DNA from: Adineta vaga
Lineage: Eukaryota; Animalia; Rotifera
Reading direction: 5' to 3'
NCBI GenBank assembly: GCA_021613535.1
Contig: CP075496.1
Coordinates: forward strand, 15,004,001-15,068,000
Length of the DNA: 64,000 nucleotides
Numbering within the stretch: position 1 is the first letter of the stretch; each line of letters begins with the position of its first letter. The notes under the pieces were generated by a model. The model was not told the origin of the DNA. It did no database searches and worked only from the letters and a program-made list of their open reading frames with translations. A program made the position numbers and the translations under genes. Below are positions 39,869 to 52,662 of the stretch, piece after piece.

Positions 39869-40875
39869 TTAATATCGACTAATATCTCTTCCATAAATAT
39901 GAGTTCTAATCCAATCAAAAGCTAATAAAGCTTTTGTACGTCCAGTAAACATTTCTGTTAAATAAAATGATTTCCATAAATAAAGAGCACTACGACCAGA
40001 TAAAGATTTTAATGAAAACATATCTAAAATTGTTTTAGAATCATTAAAATCCAGTACAGCTGCATCACCACCAATATATGCTAATGAACCTTTATGTTTA
40101 TAATTAAATGCTTTCAAATTTTCTTGTTCAAAATTATTTAATTTAAAATCATTGATTTGATTTAATAAATTAGCAAGATAACGACCTTGTTGATGTGCAA
40201 CTTGTGCTGTAGCTGGTAAAGTACGAATTTTTTGATCAGCTTTTTCTAATATTAAACGAAGAGTTGAAAGTGTTAAATAACCTGATTTTTCTTTATCAGC
40301 TTCTGTAAATGCTTTTTCAATACTTGTTGAAAATATTTCAAGCTAAAAAAACAAAACAAAACAAAGTAAAAAAGAAAAAGAAATTTCATTTAATTTAATT
40401 TTTACTTGTGGATATTGAGATATTTTATTTTGAACTAAATTATGAAATTCTTGTAAATCTAAACCATCTTGATGATCTGTATCAGCTTCTTCAAATAATA
40501 ATTGAATTTTATCAATAAGTTTTAATTGTTCAATTGTTGCACAATCACCTAAAGCAAATATTGATTGATCTGAAATACCTTTAACACGTAAATATTGATC
40601 TGTTAAAAGACCCATTCGATTATGTTGAATATTTAATCCAATTAATTGTCGAATTTGATTTGTTAATGGTCTTGATTGTATTCCTGTTGCCCAAACAATA
40701 ACTGAACATGGAATTATTCTTTGTTCATTCGAATTTTTTGATTGAATTATAACTTCACGTTCTTTAACTTCTTTTACACGTGTATTTGTTAATACTTCAA
40801 TATTTTCACGATGAAAATGTTTTTCAGTATATTCACTTATTTTCTTATCCTAATTTAATAAAAGAAAAAGAAAAA

Positions 40876-40906
<31 letters not shown>

Positions 40907-41992
40907 AAACCATTGTTGATAAAATATGATCAGTTGATTGAATTAATGTTATTTTAACATCATTAGAAACAAGTTGAGGATAATAATTTTTAAGATCATC
41001 ATGAATTAAATCTGAAAGCTTAAAAAGAAAATTATGAAATATAAAAAAAACTAAATATATATACTTCAGCAGCAAATTCAACACCAGTTGGTCCACCACC
41101 AACAATAATAAATTGTAAAAGACGTTTTTTTTCTTCAATTGTTTGTGTTGGTATCATTGCTAATTCAAAAGCATCACTTATTTTTGCACGTATACGTCGA
41201 GCATCAGGAATTTCTTTAAGAAAATTTGCATATTTCTCAACACCTGGTGTATTAAATGTATTATTTTCTGAACCAATAGCCAAAATAAGTATATCATAAT
41301 CAATATTAAATATTGATTGATTAGAATCTAAATAAAATAAATATATTTCTTTTTTTCTTTAAAAATATTATTAATTTTTACTTTCTATTGATGTTAATGT
41401 TGTTTTTATTTGATCATTTGTAGAACATATGATCTTTTTAGTATTAACATCTACATTTATACAATTTGCTTCAATAAATTGAATACATGGTCCAATTAAT
41501 GAACGAATTGATTCAATAACAGTTCGAGTTTCAATTGTTCCAACACTAACAGATGGTAATAATGGTGTCATTAAAAAATAATTTCGTGGTGAAATACAAA
41601 TCACTTCATATTTTATTGTATCTATATGTTTTAAAAGTGATACAGCACCCCATCCTAGAAAATATTATTTAAAATATTTAAATATTTAAATATTCTTTTA
41701 CCTGTTCCTAAAACAATTAATCGTGGTTTTGTACCAATATTTTTATTTGAATTATTTATTAAATTAATCAATTGATATTGATGATATTTTTTATAACCAT
41801 AATATGTTCCAATACCAATAATATTAAATAGAATTAGATTTCTTAGATTTCGTTTTAATCTTTTACCTAAATAAAAACAAAAAAATATTATTTAGAAAAA
41901 TAAATGTTAAACTAACCAAAAGATGTTTTATTATTTGATCGTCCAGAAAACAAAGTCAAATTTCGAGTAAAGATAGATTTTATTCCATTCAT
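39869..41992 (-). CDS. Type II (alternative) NADH:ubiquinone oxidoreductase with EF-hand, multi-exon
   Basis: VLGTGWGA, SPRNYFLMTPLLPS, VGGGPTGVEFAAE, VWATG, FALGDCA, EF-hand DTDHQDGLDLQEF, LPATAQVAHQQGRYLA, FNYKHKGSLAYIG, DW..IYGRDISRY. Confidence 0.93.
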
Positions 41993-42300
41993 TTTCTTTT
42001 TTCTCCAAATAACAAATAAACAAGTAAGTTTATGGGGTTTTTTTTATGAAATTATTACCTTCAATTAATATTTTCACGTGTGTTTGAATAGAAATAAATA
42101 ATTTTACCTGTAAACGAAAAAGAAATCATTCAAACGTTACTCTATAATTAAGAATACAATCATTCTTTCTTTATACATGTTCGTCATCTGTATATATATT
42201 CGAAAGGAAAGAAAAATATATCGAAAGACATTAGACAAGATTTTGCTTCAATGAAAAAGAAATTTGAGTATATTTTTGAAATAAAGATATAATTCAGTTT

Positions 42301-42351
42301 TAGGGTGGGTGTGAGTGAGGGTCTCTTGTATAGACACTCACCCACACCCTA
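42301..42351. repeat. Telomere-like hairpin junction motif (copy 12)
   Basis: TAGGGTGGGTGTGAGTGAGGGT-ctcttgtatag-ACACTCACCCACACCCTA. Confidence 0.9.
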
Positions 42352-42458
42352 CTTTGTTTTTCATATTTCTATCAGTTAGTTAATTCAACAATATCGTTTA
42401 ACATCGGCTTATATTAATTTCGGAATTTTTCCACTGATTTTATTATACATGAATGTAT

Positions 42459-43315
42459 CAGAGCTTGGACGAGTACAAGAACTACAAGTAAAATTATTAT
42501 ACTTGTACTTAAAGAAGATGAACTCGTACTTATACTTTTACTTCAAGCAAATACTTTCGTACTTATATACTTAAGTAAAATAACCCGTACTTCTGTACTT
42601 TCCACTTGAGAAATAAGTAAAATATGCAATGAGTATAGTAGATTTCAACTGTTAAAATACGCTATATTTTATCGAATCCTGCACTCTACTTTTTTATTTA
42701 TCCCAGGTCAAACAATCCTTGCCATAGGATTCCGACGCGGAATTCACCGGATTTCGTCGAAATCCGACCAGATCACGATGAGAAATGATAGAAATTCGGT
42801 TGGAACCGACACTCGGAATCCTGTGGCAAAGATTCCGGCATAACTCGACAGAACCCGGTTGAAATTATCCGCATCTGACAGAACAAGATTCACCTATGAT
42901 ATATATGCTAATAAAATCGAAACATTAAACTAATTAAAACTGATACTTGAACGAAATAAAGAAAGTTAGTATAAGATTTTGCTTTAAATTGATGAAAATA
43001 ACATATGGATCTGTAGTTAAATAATCATCAAGAATCGAATCATAAGATGGTCATTTATGCGTAACAAATCAGCTGTCGACATTTAAATGAAGCAAAGACT
43101 ACCTCGATTAGCAAAAAAAAGATATTGCTCTCTACTAATCTCAAGTAAAAAGTACAAAAGTACGAGTTTTTGTACTTGGATGGAAGTACCAAAGTATTCC
43201 CCTAAAGTAAAAGTATAAGTACGAGTAGATTTTAAAAATACTTGTACTTGTACTTGTACTTTTTTACTCAAAAAGCCCGAAATACTCGAATACAAATACT
43301 TACATCCTAGCTCTG
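42459..43315. mobile_element. hAT-like MITE with GTAC-rich subterminal repeats; contains a nested CCCAGG-element end at about 42702-42880
   Basis: CAGAGCTTGGACGAGTA and TACTTACATCCTAGCTCTG inverted termini; many AGTAC/GTACT repeats; no matching TSD. Confidence 0.7.
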
Positions 43316-43624
43316 AAATAAAGTCGATGTTACGCTAAAGCATATTCCCTTTCTTCAACAAAAAATGCACAAAATGGAACAGAACGAGATGAAAGCAATT
43401 GTATTCGATGAAGACTTACTGTTCGTCATAAAATGACTCACTATTTGCATGAAAATACCCATTCCATCATGTAAAATAACAATTCCCATTGTGGGTTGAA
43501 ACATGTTTAACCTATAAAAGGTACAGACAAACTTGTTGCAATACTCATTACTTGCAATATATTCTTTCAACAATACAGCCGATCGAAGATTTATATTTCT
43601 TTTAATTTTCTGGTTGTTACTACT

Positions 43625-44170
43625 ATGCCTGTTCTATTAGCATCGGAACGAAAGTCGATGATCAGTTTGAATTTCTCTGCAATGGTTGGATCTAAATTCA
43701 GTCATCCGTTTCCATCTGGATGCAAACCGCAAGATCTTTACAAAGTGGTTGCTGAAAAACTTTATCCAAATTTCAAAGACGATGTCCAGCCAGGATGTGA
43801 GAATCGAATTGTGTTTCCATTTAAACTTCTAATAGCAGGGAAAACAATCCCATTTAATGATAGTACTATTGAAGACAAGAATTGTTTCGAAGAAATGAAA
43901 AAACAGATGAATCCTCGAACTGTTATTCTAGTTGGTGAGAAATTATCAGGTGGTAGCGACAGAGAGTTATTTGGTATGGATGCTCTCACCGCAAAATTTT
44001 TTACTGAATTTAAATCGGAATTGAACAAACTTCCAACGTCGTCGGGAGTCCAATGTTTAGTGTGTCACGGGACGAAAGATTGCATTCAGTTCACTTGTCC
44101 TACAAAACAATGTCTGAATCGTGTGTGCAGAGCATGCTTGCCTGAACATTTCGCTCAAAAAGCATCTTGA
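43625..44170 (+). CDS. Ubiquitin-like + RING-like protein, probably 3'-truncated
   Basis: Ubl-like N-terminus ending KLSGG; Cys cluster CLVC..C...C..C..VCRAC; the stop codon is supplied by junction motif 13. Confidence 0.55.
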   Translation: MPVLLASERKSMISLNFSAMVGSKFSHPFPSGCKPQDLYKVVAEKLYPNFKDDVQPGCENRIVFPFKLLIAGKTIPFNDSTIEDKNCFEEMKKQMNPRTVILVGEKLSGGSDRELFGMDALTAKFFTEFKSELNKLPTSSGVQCLVCHGTKDCIQFTCPTKQCLNRVCRACLPEHFAQKAS

Positions 44171-44213
44171 GGGTGTGGGTGAAAGTGATAGTTGTATCTG
44201 ATACCCACACCCT
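44166..44213. repeat. Telomere-like hairpin junction motif (copy 13)
   Basis: CTTGAGGGTGTGGGT-gaaagtgatagttgtatctgat-ACCCACACCCT; perfect 11-bp stem. Confidence 0.9.
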
Positions 44214-44593
44214 TTATTAATCAATTTGTAGTATTTGATTTTCTATTTCAATAAATCAATTGAAATAAAATTGAAATGACCAGAATTGTAATATTCCATA
44301 TTTTTATGAACGTTTCATGTCCACACCATTGATAACTTGTTTTTGTTAAACTTTTTACTTTTGCATCATAACAGATTTTTAATTTTATTCCTTATTTAAA
44401 ATAATACTTTACTAACAAGAAGTTAATTTTAATCTTCAACATTTGAAATGTAATCAATGATTATTTATTGATTTGAACTAATAATAAAAATTGATGTGTT
44501 TTTCTGTTTTCTCTAAAAAATCTTAAAAAAGAACGATTCATTGGTATTTTTATTTTGAAACGAAATTAATAGCTAATTTGCGTGACCGTGAAC

Positions 44594-44728
44594 AAAAAAG
44601 TACAAACATAGTACTGGAACGTTCTTTTTTATCGTAATACACATGAAAAAGTACGATCATAATACTCGAACGTTCTTTTTTATCGTAAATAAACATGAAA
44701 AAGTACGATCATAGTCCTTGGTGTTCTT
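44594..44728. repeat. About 52-bp tandem repeat, 2.5 copies
   Basis: AAAAAGTACGATCATAATACTCGAACGTTCTTTTTTATCGTAA-like units. Confidence 0.75.
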
Positions 44729-45153
44729 CATAATTATATGTCACAAAAAGAATTAGTTGAAACGGATAATTGTAATATTTTCGAATGAAATCTATATCAT
44801 TAGATTTACAAAAGAACAAATTTCTTTCTTCATTGAACTATTCGGAAAAAAAGAAGAGAATTTTGTTTTTGCTTTTTCTGGAATATATGAAACGAAATTC
44901 ATCGCAAAATATAGATGATTTTAGCAACATAACAATATACGTCACGCTTCAATGCCCACTTATTTTTAGCGATTAAATAATTATATACGGGGTCAAATTT
45001 TCATCTGTATAAATACCTTTGAAGATACATTTATCTTCATGATCATTTCTTCTATATAATTTTTTTTATATATTCTACTCCTACGGTAAGATATTAGATA
45101 ATATTTCTATTCAGCATTATTCTTCTTTTTTAATTTATTTAGTATTCAACAAT

Positions 45154-45607
45154 ATGAATTCACCAATTGTCGCTTTTGTCCTTTTTGGCATTCTCTTCAT
45201 CAACTCAATCAATGCAAGAAGAATTAATGTTGACGATTCAGATGAACGACGTTTTGAAACTCTATTTACGAAACGAGGTGCTACTTACGGAGGTATTTCA
45301 TAATATTCTTCGTTTATCATAATATTATTAATGAATGTATTATTTATTTTCTTTTATAGTTATCGAAACATCAAGTAGATGTGTAAGTATAATTAGTGGT
45401 AAAGATTATAATGGTGGTGATATAGATATTAATCATCCAGTACAATTACGTTCAGCTGCTGCATGTGCTGGATTATGCGATTCAGTTCCCGATTGTTTTC
45501 GTTGGTCATTTGATACAACAAATGGAAAATGCTTCCTCAAAGATACAGCAGCTCGTTATATCGACAATTCCAAGACTTACACAGGTGAATGTACCAAATC
45601 TACTTAA
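45154..45607 (+). CDS. Small secreted prepro-peptide with a single PAN/Apple domain (2 coding exons)
   Basis: Signal MNSPIVAFVLFGILFINSINA, RR/KR sites, DYNGGDI...CAGLC...C..WSF....CFLK...YTGEC. Confidence 0.8.
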
Positions 45608-45984
45608 AATTTTCTTCATCGATGGTGATGAAATAATAAAGAACTTTTGAATACTAAAAATATACTTCATATCCATTTTATTCTTTTCTTTTCTTTTCTT
45701 TTCTCTAATAACTAACAATAATCATTCTTTTTATCATATTATTAATAAAATTTTAAGTTTCAATTGCATACCTGTCGATACATTTACTGATAATTATTTA
45801 ATTTTATCATGCTTTCATATCGATATCATATATTAAAATGAAGTAAATAAGAATAATTAAATTTTGTTTAATCAACAAAGGGTTCGAATATGCTATCGAT
45901 CAATGTATTCTATATTTACTTATGAATTAATTTCTCATCAGTTCGATCACACACATTCATCGTTTAATATCTGAATAAACTACG

Positions 45985-46420
45985 TAGGGTATCTTAGACT
46001 AGGATTCGAGTTTTTTCTAGAAGGATTCGCCTATAGGTTAGACCAAGATGCAGCTCGACGAGCTCTATCGAATGAACACCTTTTTAGTTCAATTCGGATA
46101 AGTTTTAGTAGTAAAAATCGCTCAATACACCAGTTTTTACTAGTAAATCTTACTAAAACCTGTATGGATTCGCTCATAGGTTAGATCAAACGCTGAAACT
46201 TCATACATCCATAGAGCAACGCTAGCTCTATCGATTGAATATCTTGGATGCTATCTTTGAATGTACTACAGTGGTAAAAATCACTAAATAGTAAACCATT
46301 ACTAATGAATTTACTATATCCAAAAAATATTGACTTAAAGGTTAGATCAGGTTAGATCAGCGTTGGACCAAGATAGAACTCGATGAGATCTAACGATTGA
46401 GCACCATGGATGCTATGTTG
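45985..46420. repeat. Degenerate ~150-bp repeat, 3 copies (transposon-internal type)
   Basis: Recurring GGTTAGA(C/T)CA ... GCTCTATCGA(A/T)TGA blocks. Confidence 0.55.
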
Positions 46421-46627
46421 AAATTAATTATAATCAACAAAGGCTGTTGTGAATGAATTTAAGACAGAATAATAGCAGGAAAAATGAAGTATATGCGCTG
46501 ATTCTTTAAAAACGTTTCTATTTAGTGATAGTACTACATAACAAAACATGAATATTGAATATTAACATTTATTAGAGAAAAATTAAGTACAGAAAAACTA
46601 GATGTATACAATTATACAGTAAAGATG

Positions 46628-47490
46628 TCATCTAGAACTGTGTTGAAGAGACGTACAGACCTGCGTACTTTGTTTAGAAAATATCTCCATATATAAAAAA
46701 AGTATAGAGCAGATAATAGTTACTAAGAGAACTATAATATATAATATTATATCGTGAATTGTCATTAATTGCTTCGAGGCAAAAATTGTTGATAATTCGT
46801 TAATAGACTGTTGTGATTGTTTCTGATAAGATGATATTAGTGTGTTGGTCATGTTTCTTAATGATACGACCACATTTGGTAGATGTCGAAACTTTGATTC
46901 CATATTTGATTTAACAATAGTCGGATGACGTTGTGTACAAGATGATGACGATAATCGAACATTCGCGCAAGTGATTGTCTTGTCGCATGACAGATTTATG
47001 AGTGCTGTTTCTGATATTGACAATGGTTCACTAAATTCGTTTGAAGTTGAAGAAACCTGACAATATTCAGTTTGATAAATATTAACAAAAATAACCAAAT
47101 ACCGTTGTCAATATGAATTACATCTTGATCGATATGTTGTGATCTGCTAGTTTTGCACATATTGGTGACTACTTGGTTATCGTCCAATAATTGAGATAGG
47201 CATAATGATTTAGATATTGGCACCGATATACGCTTTTTATCACATTGAATGATAGACGAGAATATACATTGCTTGATATCACTTTCATCATTCCATGTGA
47301 TTAACGATTGTTTTAGTGGATTAATTCCAATTATTTTTGGAAGGTTCGAATAAATATATTTATTCCCATTAGAAACAATAGGTAGTGGAATTAAATGATA
47401 AACTAAGAACTATGTCGTTATGTCAGATGGAACTCGTAGAAATAATGTAGATATATGATACTTAGAAAGAATGAAAAGATGAAAAACACT
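46628..47490 (-). pseudogene. Env/fusion-glycoprotein-like C-terminal remnant
   Basis: YHLIPLPIVSNGNKYIYSNLP, spaced Cys, heptad-like region, C-terminal TM IILYIIVLLVTIICSILFLY; stop and frameshift present. Confidence 0.5.
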
Positions 47491-47782
47491 TTTAAAAGTC
47501 TTTTATGTATAAATTTTGATTGGATCCGGATCGGGTCAGGTCCCGGTCCCGCTTTATGGCTTTGATGAGCACTCCTATTATTCTTTCAGAAAAGGGTCAG
47601 CGAATCCAAAGGATGAGCGTTACTTGTTAAATAAATAGACAATATAATACTACTTGATTATTTTGTAATGCATCACTAGGGATGTAACAATACCAATACG
47701 GTATTGGTATTAGTACTCAGGTCTACAAATCCGACAACGGATCCGATAGGATCTTATAGAATCCATTCATCTTACGTAATCC

Positions 47783-47858
47783 TAGAGTGAGGGTGTCATT
47801 CCTTTACGTAGTCAGACACACCCTCACCCACGCCCACGCCCGCACTCTCACCGTCAAG
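47783..47858. repeat. Telomere-like hairpin junction motif (copy 14)
   Basis: TAGAGTGAGGGTGT ... ACACACCCTCACCCACGCCCACGCCCGCACTCTCACCGTCAAG; about 6 hexamer units. Confidence 0.9.
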
Positions 47859-48444
47859 AATTACATTCAGACACGTCTGCATATGTGATTTTTCGCATTA
47901 TGTTCGGTGTTATTAAGCAACCACAAATTAGATAGCAAAACTTAGGTGTAAAGAGCGGGTTTGTGATTACGTCATTAATGTGAAATCTCATGAAAAGAAT
48001 GGCAAAAAAGTAACGTAGTATTTCTAAATATACCGTATTTGTATGGGTTTTCATGTTTTGTGGCATGCTTTATCTTTCCAACGTAGAAAAGAAAAAAGAT
48101 AAGAATATTTAAACAGCATAAATACTGCCTGCAAATATGATTCAATCCTTAAAGGGAATTCTCCCTCTCAATCATAAATCTGTAGATAAATGCGCAGAAG
48201 GCAGAGAATGTCTGTTATGGTAGAATATATCTCTTCTGCAATGAGTATATATTTTCTTACATCTCTCTTTGTTTCATTCTATCATGTCTCGATATATTCT
48301 GTTCTGTTTCACGTTTTGAGTATTTAAAGGAGTGAATAACACACGAAAGGGAGTTGATAAATAAGAATCATCTTTAACTTATTTCTCTTAAACTCGACTT
48401 TACTGATCACATTAATCTACGAAGAAAATACATATTCCTAAAAA

Positions 48445-48681
48445 ATGAGTAGCTATGAAGGTGACGATTACTGCCATCGTGGATCTGGTCCGAGTGGTAA
48501 ACCAAAGCTACATTTTATTCAATACAATAGCCAACAAGCTGCTAGAGACGGTGCATTTCATGCAGGTGGAAAAAATGAACCGGCACATCACGCACATCCG
48601 AAAGAAGGAAAAGCTCATTATCATGCAGCTGACAAAAGTGGAAATATTATCAAAGATGGAGTACATCATTGTTATGGTTAG
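48445..48681 (+). CDS. 78-aa His-rich protein resembling a polymorphic-toxin tip domain
   Basis: AAAAATG start, upstream TATTTAA, downstream AATAAA; EPAHHAHPKEGKAHYHAADKSGNIIKDGVHHCY. Confidence 0.6.
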   Translation: MSSYEGDDYCHRGSGPSGKPKLHFIQYNSQQAARDGAFHAGGKNEPAHHAHPKEGKAHYHAADKSGNIIKDGVHHCYG

Positions 48682-48912
48682 ACTGTTGTAGACTATTACA
48701 TAGATAATCAAAAAAATTATTTATTTATTCTTGAAATAAATATATGGAAATTAGTAAAGATACCGTTTGGGTTTGATACGTCTATTTTCAATCATCTTCA
48801 TGTCTTTGTGGTTAATTTCGTTGCAAACTCACAGTTTGAAGAATTCTTGCAATTAATTGTTTTATTGTTCAAAAAGAATGAAAACACCACTTTGAGTCTA
48901 TAATACGTTCTA

Positions 48913-49017
48913 CAAGGATATGTGTGGATCTGAGGGTAACAAAAAAGTGTTTTTTTTTAAATGAGATTATTGGTAGAAGTACGAGTGTGAGTTAGACTTC
49001 GTATTTACATTCTTAAG
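48913..49017. repeat. Degenerate junction motif (copy 15)
   Basis: CAAGGATATGTGTGGATCTGAGGGT ... GAGTGTGAGT ... ACATTCTTAAG. Confidence 0.5.
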
Positions 49018-49045
49018 AGTGATCTGCTGGATGTTCTAATCAAGG

Positions 49046-51473
49046 TCAACCACATGTCCATTTAAGTGTGATACTTTTATCAAAACTCTGAAAACTTCTA
49101 GATGACGTTGATCTTAGAGAATCTTGAATGACTTTTCGAAGTGCGTCTTGAACAGTGTTCCCATTCATGCCTTCATTCGTATGTTCACATAAATAGTCCA
49201 ATACAGTAATTCCATCAGTAGATGCACTACTACTGAGTGAATGCACACGAAAACTGAGTCGTTTTAGTTCGGTGAGCACACGCATAGAATGTGGTGCTTC
49301 TGGTTGATAGCGATCACCGCTCCGGATCCATGTAATTTGGCAGAATGACACTATCTCTGGTTCTGAAGTAGTTGTTGAAAGAACAGTAGTGGTCGAAACT
49401 AGAATAATCATTATATCATCAATTAATTCTTTGATCTTAGGTATGAAGTGTAGATGACATTATTATCATACAAATCTTTTCTTTAAATTTACATCGACTT
49501 ATTGTTTTTTCACGCAAATTAAGCAATATAGAATGCAGTTGTTTCAGATATATTATCCACTTTTCAAAACTAACAAGAAGAATTTCTTACCGATGCCATC
49601 TTATATTTAATAAAAATACAAAATTCAAAGAAACAACTCATCATAAACTTTGAAACTTACGTTCACACTCTTCGTCACTATTATCACCACAATCGTTGTC
49701 ACCATCGCATAGAAATGCACGAGGGATGCATTGACCATTATGACAAGTTGCCTGATCAGCATTACATTGGTTTCTTTCTTCTTGGACTGTCACGCCTAAA
49801 TGGGGACAAAATAGCTATATACGCGTTGTGTATCGCATAGGACACTTTACTTGGTGTTGAAACTGGATCTTAATCGATAAGATAAAAAAAAGCGGAATAT
49901 TTAAAATATCAAGATATTATTCGAATTACTTTTGAATTTCAAATCGATGAAACCATCTCTATGAATAGAAAGCCGAGTACTACAGCGATATCTACCCAAA
50001 TAAGTTTGTGTAATTGGATGAATATAAAGGCTGGTACCATTTTGATGGAATGGGTAAACATTATAAATCCGCTTTACAAAAAAAAATATTAATTTTATGG
50101 ATATTAAAATCAAAGGTTGCGTAGACTTCACTGATGTTTCAAGAAACTGTAAGGCATAAATTAAAAATGTATTTCTCGTGAAATAATGTGATCATTTTTC
50201 TCTCAAAAAATGTTATATTGTAATACATGGAATGTCGTGAAAACCATTATACATACTTGATCATTGAAGTACCATTTCAGGCTTTCTGCATCCTCTAGCG
50301 CTGCACCTGTACATTGAAGTTCGACAAAATCACCTTCTTCCATATCCGGTGCAGTGATAATTAAATTTATGATACCATCATTTCCAAAACCTGTGGAATC
50401 AGGTGCTAAAAAACCTATTATAAAACACGATAATATTAGAATTAAAATGAAATTAACTTTTTGATGTAACTTACAAGCAGATACCTGAGCGTCAGGATCT
50501 GCTGTTTGTGTTCCATGGCTATCACTAACTTCTTGTATAGTAAGAGTAGCTGAATCAATAATGCCATTGATGTCGTACGCTGTACATGTATATTTACCAA
50601 TTTTTCTTCTATCGTCAAATGTAATACGTGCTTTTAACATTATTCCTAATGCAAATTCTTCTCTGGAAACTGATTCTGTGGGAGAAAGACGCTAAAAATA
50701 ATTTTCTGAATAAAGAAAATTTGATATCTATTAGAAATGTTTTACACGTTGGAATTCTTCTTGAGTCCAATAAATAGTTGTATTGGAATTACCTCCATAG
50801 ACAAAACAATTTAATTCAACTGTTTTTCCACGTTCAACTCGAAGAAAAGGTGAAATAACGACAACACGAAATGCAACTCCACTATATGCATTGGATTGAA
50901 CTGAAAATGAGGCAATATATGAATAATATTTCTCTCATTTTACACATTCACTTCATAATACTAACCTGTAGTATCATTGATCTGTATCTCATCTTCTAAA
51001 AATTAATTATAAATTATTTCAATTAAAAAAAAATAGAAAATAGGAAAGCGAAAAAAGAAATAAGCTATATTCTTTCATTGATATGCGTACACAAATCATT
51101 TCATTCGTAGTTAAAATAAGAGAATCAATATTTATTATATAAATATTACCAATAGTTTCTGTTTTTCTTTCTTCATCTTCATTAAACTCATCCACTATAA
51201 AATATATTTAAAAATGAATCCTATGTAATTTATGAGACAAAAGAATATACAAAATTTCGTTTTTCCTTCTCATTGACATTAACTTACTTTCATCATCTTG
51301 TCGTTTCAATCTTAGTTTTGAATCCAGATGAGTAGAAGCACTCTTATACAAATAATTTATTAATTATTATGTTAATTGAATAAAAATAAAAGAATTTGTT
51401 TTACCTCTGATATAAATATATTTGTTATAAAACAGAAAAATAGAACTAAACTGGTGATGATTTTTACATTCAT
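49046..51473 (-). CDS. Secreted Ig-domain + LDLa + SEA-like protein (perlecan N-terminal-like modules), multi-exon
   Basis: Signal [15 protein letters not shown]; Ig motifs VELNC..Y..W..GKYTC and ELQC..W..GRYRC; LDLa [33 protein letters not shown]. Confidence 0.7.
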
Positions 51474-52662
51474 TTCGTGAAAAACTATATTGAAAATAAT
51501 CTTCGATGAATACACTGAATAGTTAATAATGAATGATTTAGTTATCACAAGTATAATATCTTTTTTCCCCTATACGTATTATCTTCCAGTCAACAAATGA
51601 TATGTATCACAGTACTTACGCTTATCTATAAAAGAAAGCACAAAATATAGTTGAAATTCTTTAGGATATATCGAGACAAACGTAATTTGTTTATCATTTT
51701 TGTCTTTCATCGTTATACGAGTGTAGAAAGAACAAGGAAAAGAATGGTCGTTTTATTCAATAGATTATGGAAAAGTTATTCTAGAAAACATAAGTCAAAG
51801 TACGAAAGATCAAAACTTAAACTATTGAGATATCAAATAAATAAAAAACAATTACGAAAGAAAAAGAGTAGAGACCGTGAAAGTACAGAAAAGAGATCTT
51901 CACGCACGTTCTCATTTATTTCTTCTACATATCTCGTTTATTTCTGATGAATTAACTTCTAAAAAGGAAAGTAAACAATTCAAGAGAGAAAAGACAGACT
52001 TGAAGTACAAAAGTAATTCAAAGTATGTAGAAGTAGCTGAAAGTACTTCAAGTCCAGAATTTTACCTTTTTCTCCTTGATTCTTGAACACAAGTATAACG
52101 ACAAACTAAAGGAGTAAAGCTTTATTACTTTCTTTGATATGATGTTTATTGATTATTCTACATATTCAGAATGCAAAGATTTGATATATAATATACTTTT
52201 GTATACGAGAGAAAGAGATAAATATACAAGTAAAGAAAAAACGATGGAATCTATAGCAAACAAGTTTAACAAAAATCAACTTGAGAAAACTTTATACTTC
52301 TGAATAAATTAGTTTGTGTGACTATATTGTTTTCATTTTAGACTTGATGAATAAGAGAAAAACTTCTTATGATAATTCATTATATATACTTTAAGCCAAC
52401 GTAGTATTCATTGAAATTATGATCTATTTAGAGTATATATTTGGATACCATGCTCGTTTAAGATAATGATCACTAGATTTTCAATAATAAAGATGAATAT
52501 ATTTTGTTGAGGAGAATTTAATCTAACATTCATTTGATCGACGTTATATTGAAAACTCCTTAGTATTCCAAATAAAACATAAATTTTGTTTGAAGGCTAT
52601 TATTCTTTGTTTTACTTTTAAAACATTTTGTGCCAATTTCTCAAATTAGTTGTATTTTCTTG

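Noticed and set aside
44594-44728. Repeat-spacer-like array
   Set aside because: A simple tandem repeat of 2.5 units without unique spacers.
51651-52086. Lys/Arg-rich ORFs
   Set aside because: A-rich low-complexity sequence with no domain evidence.
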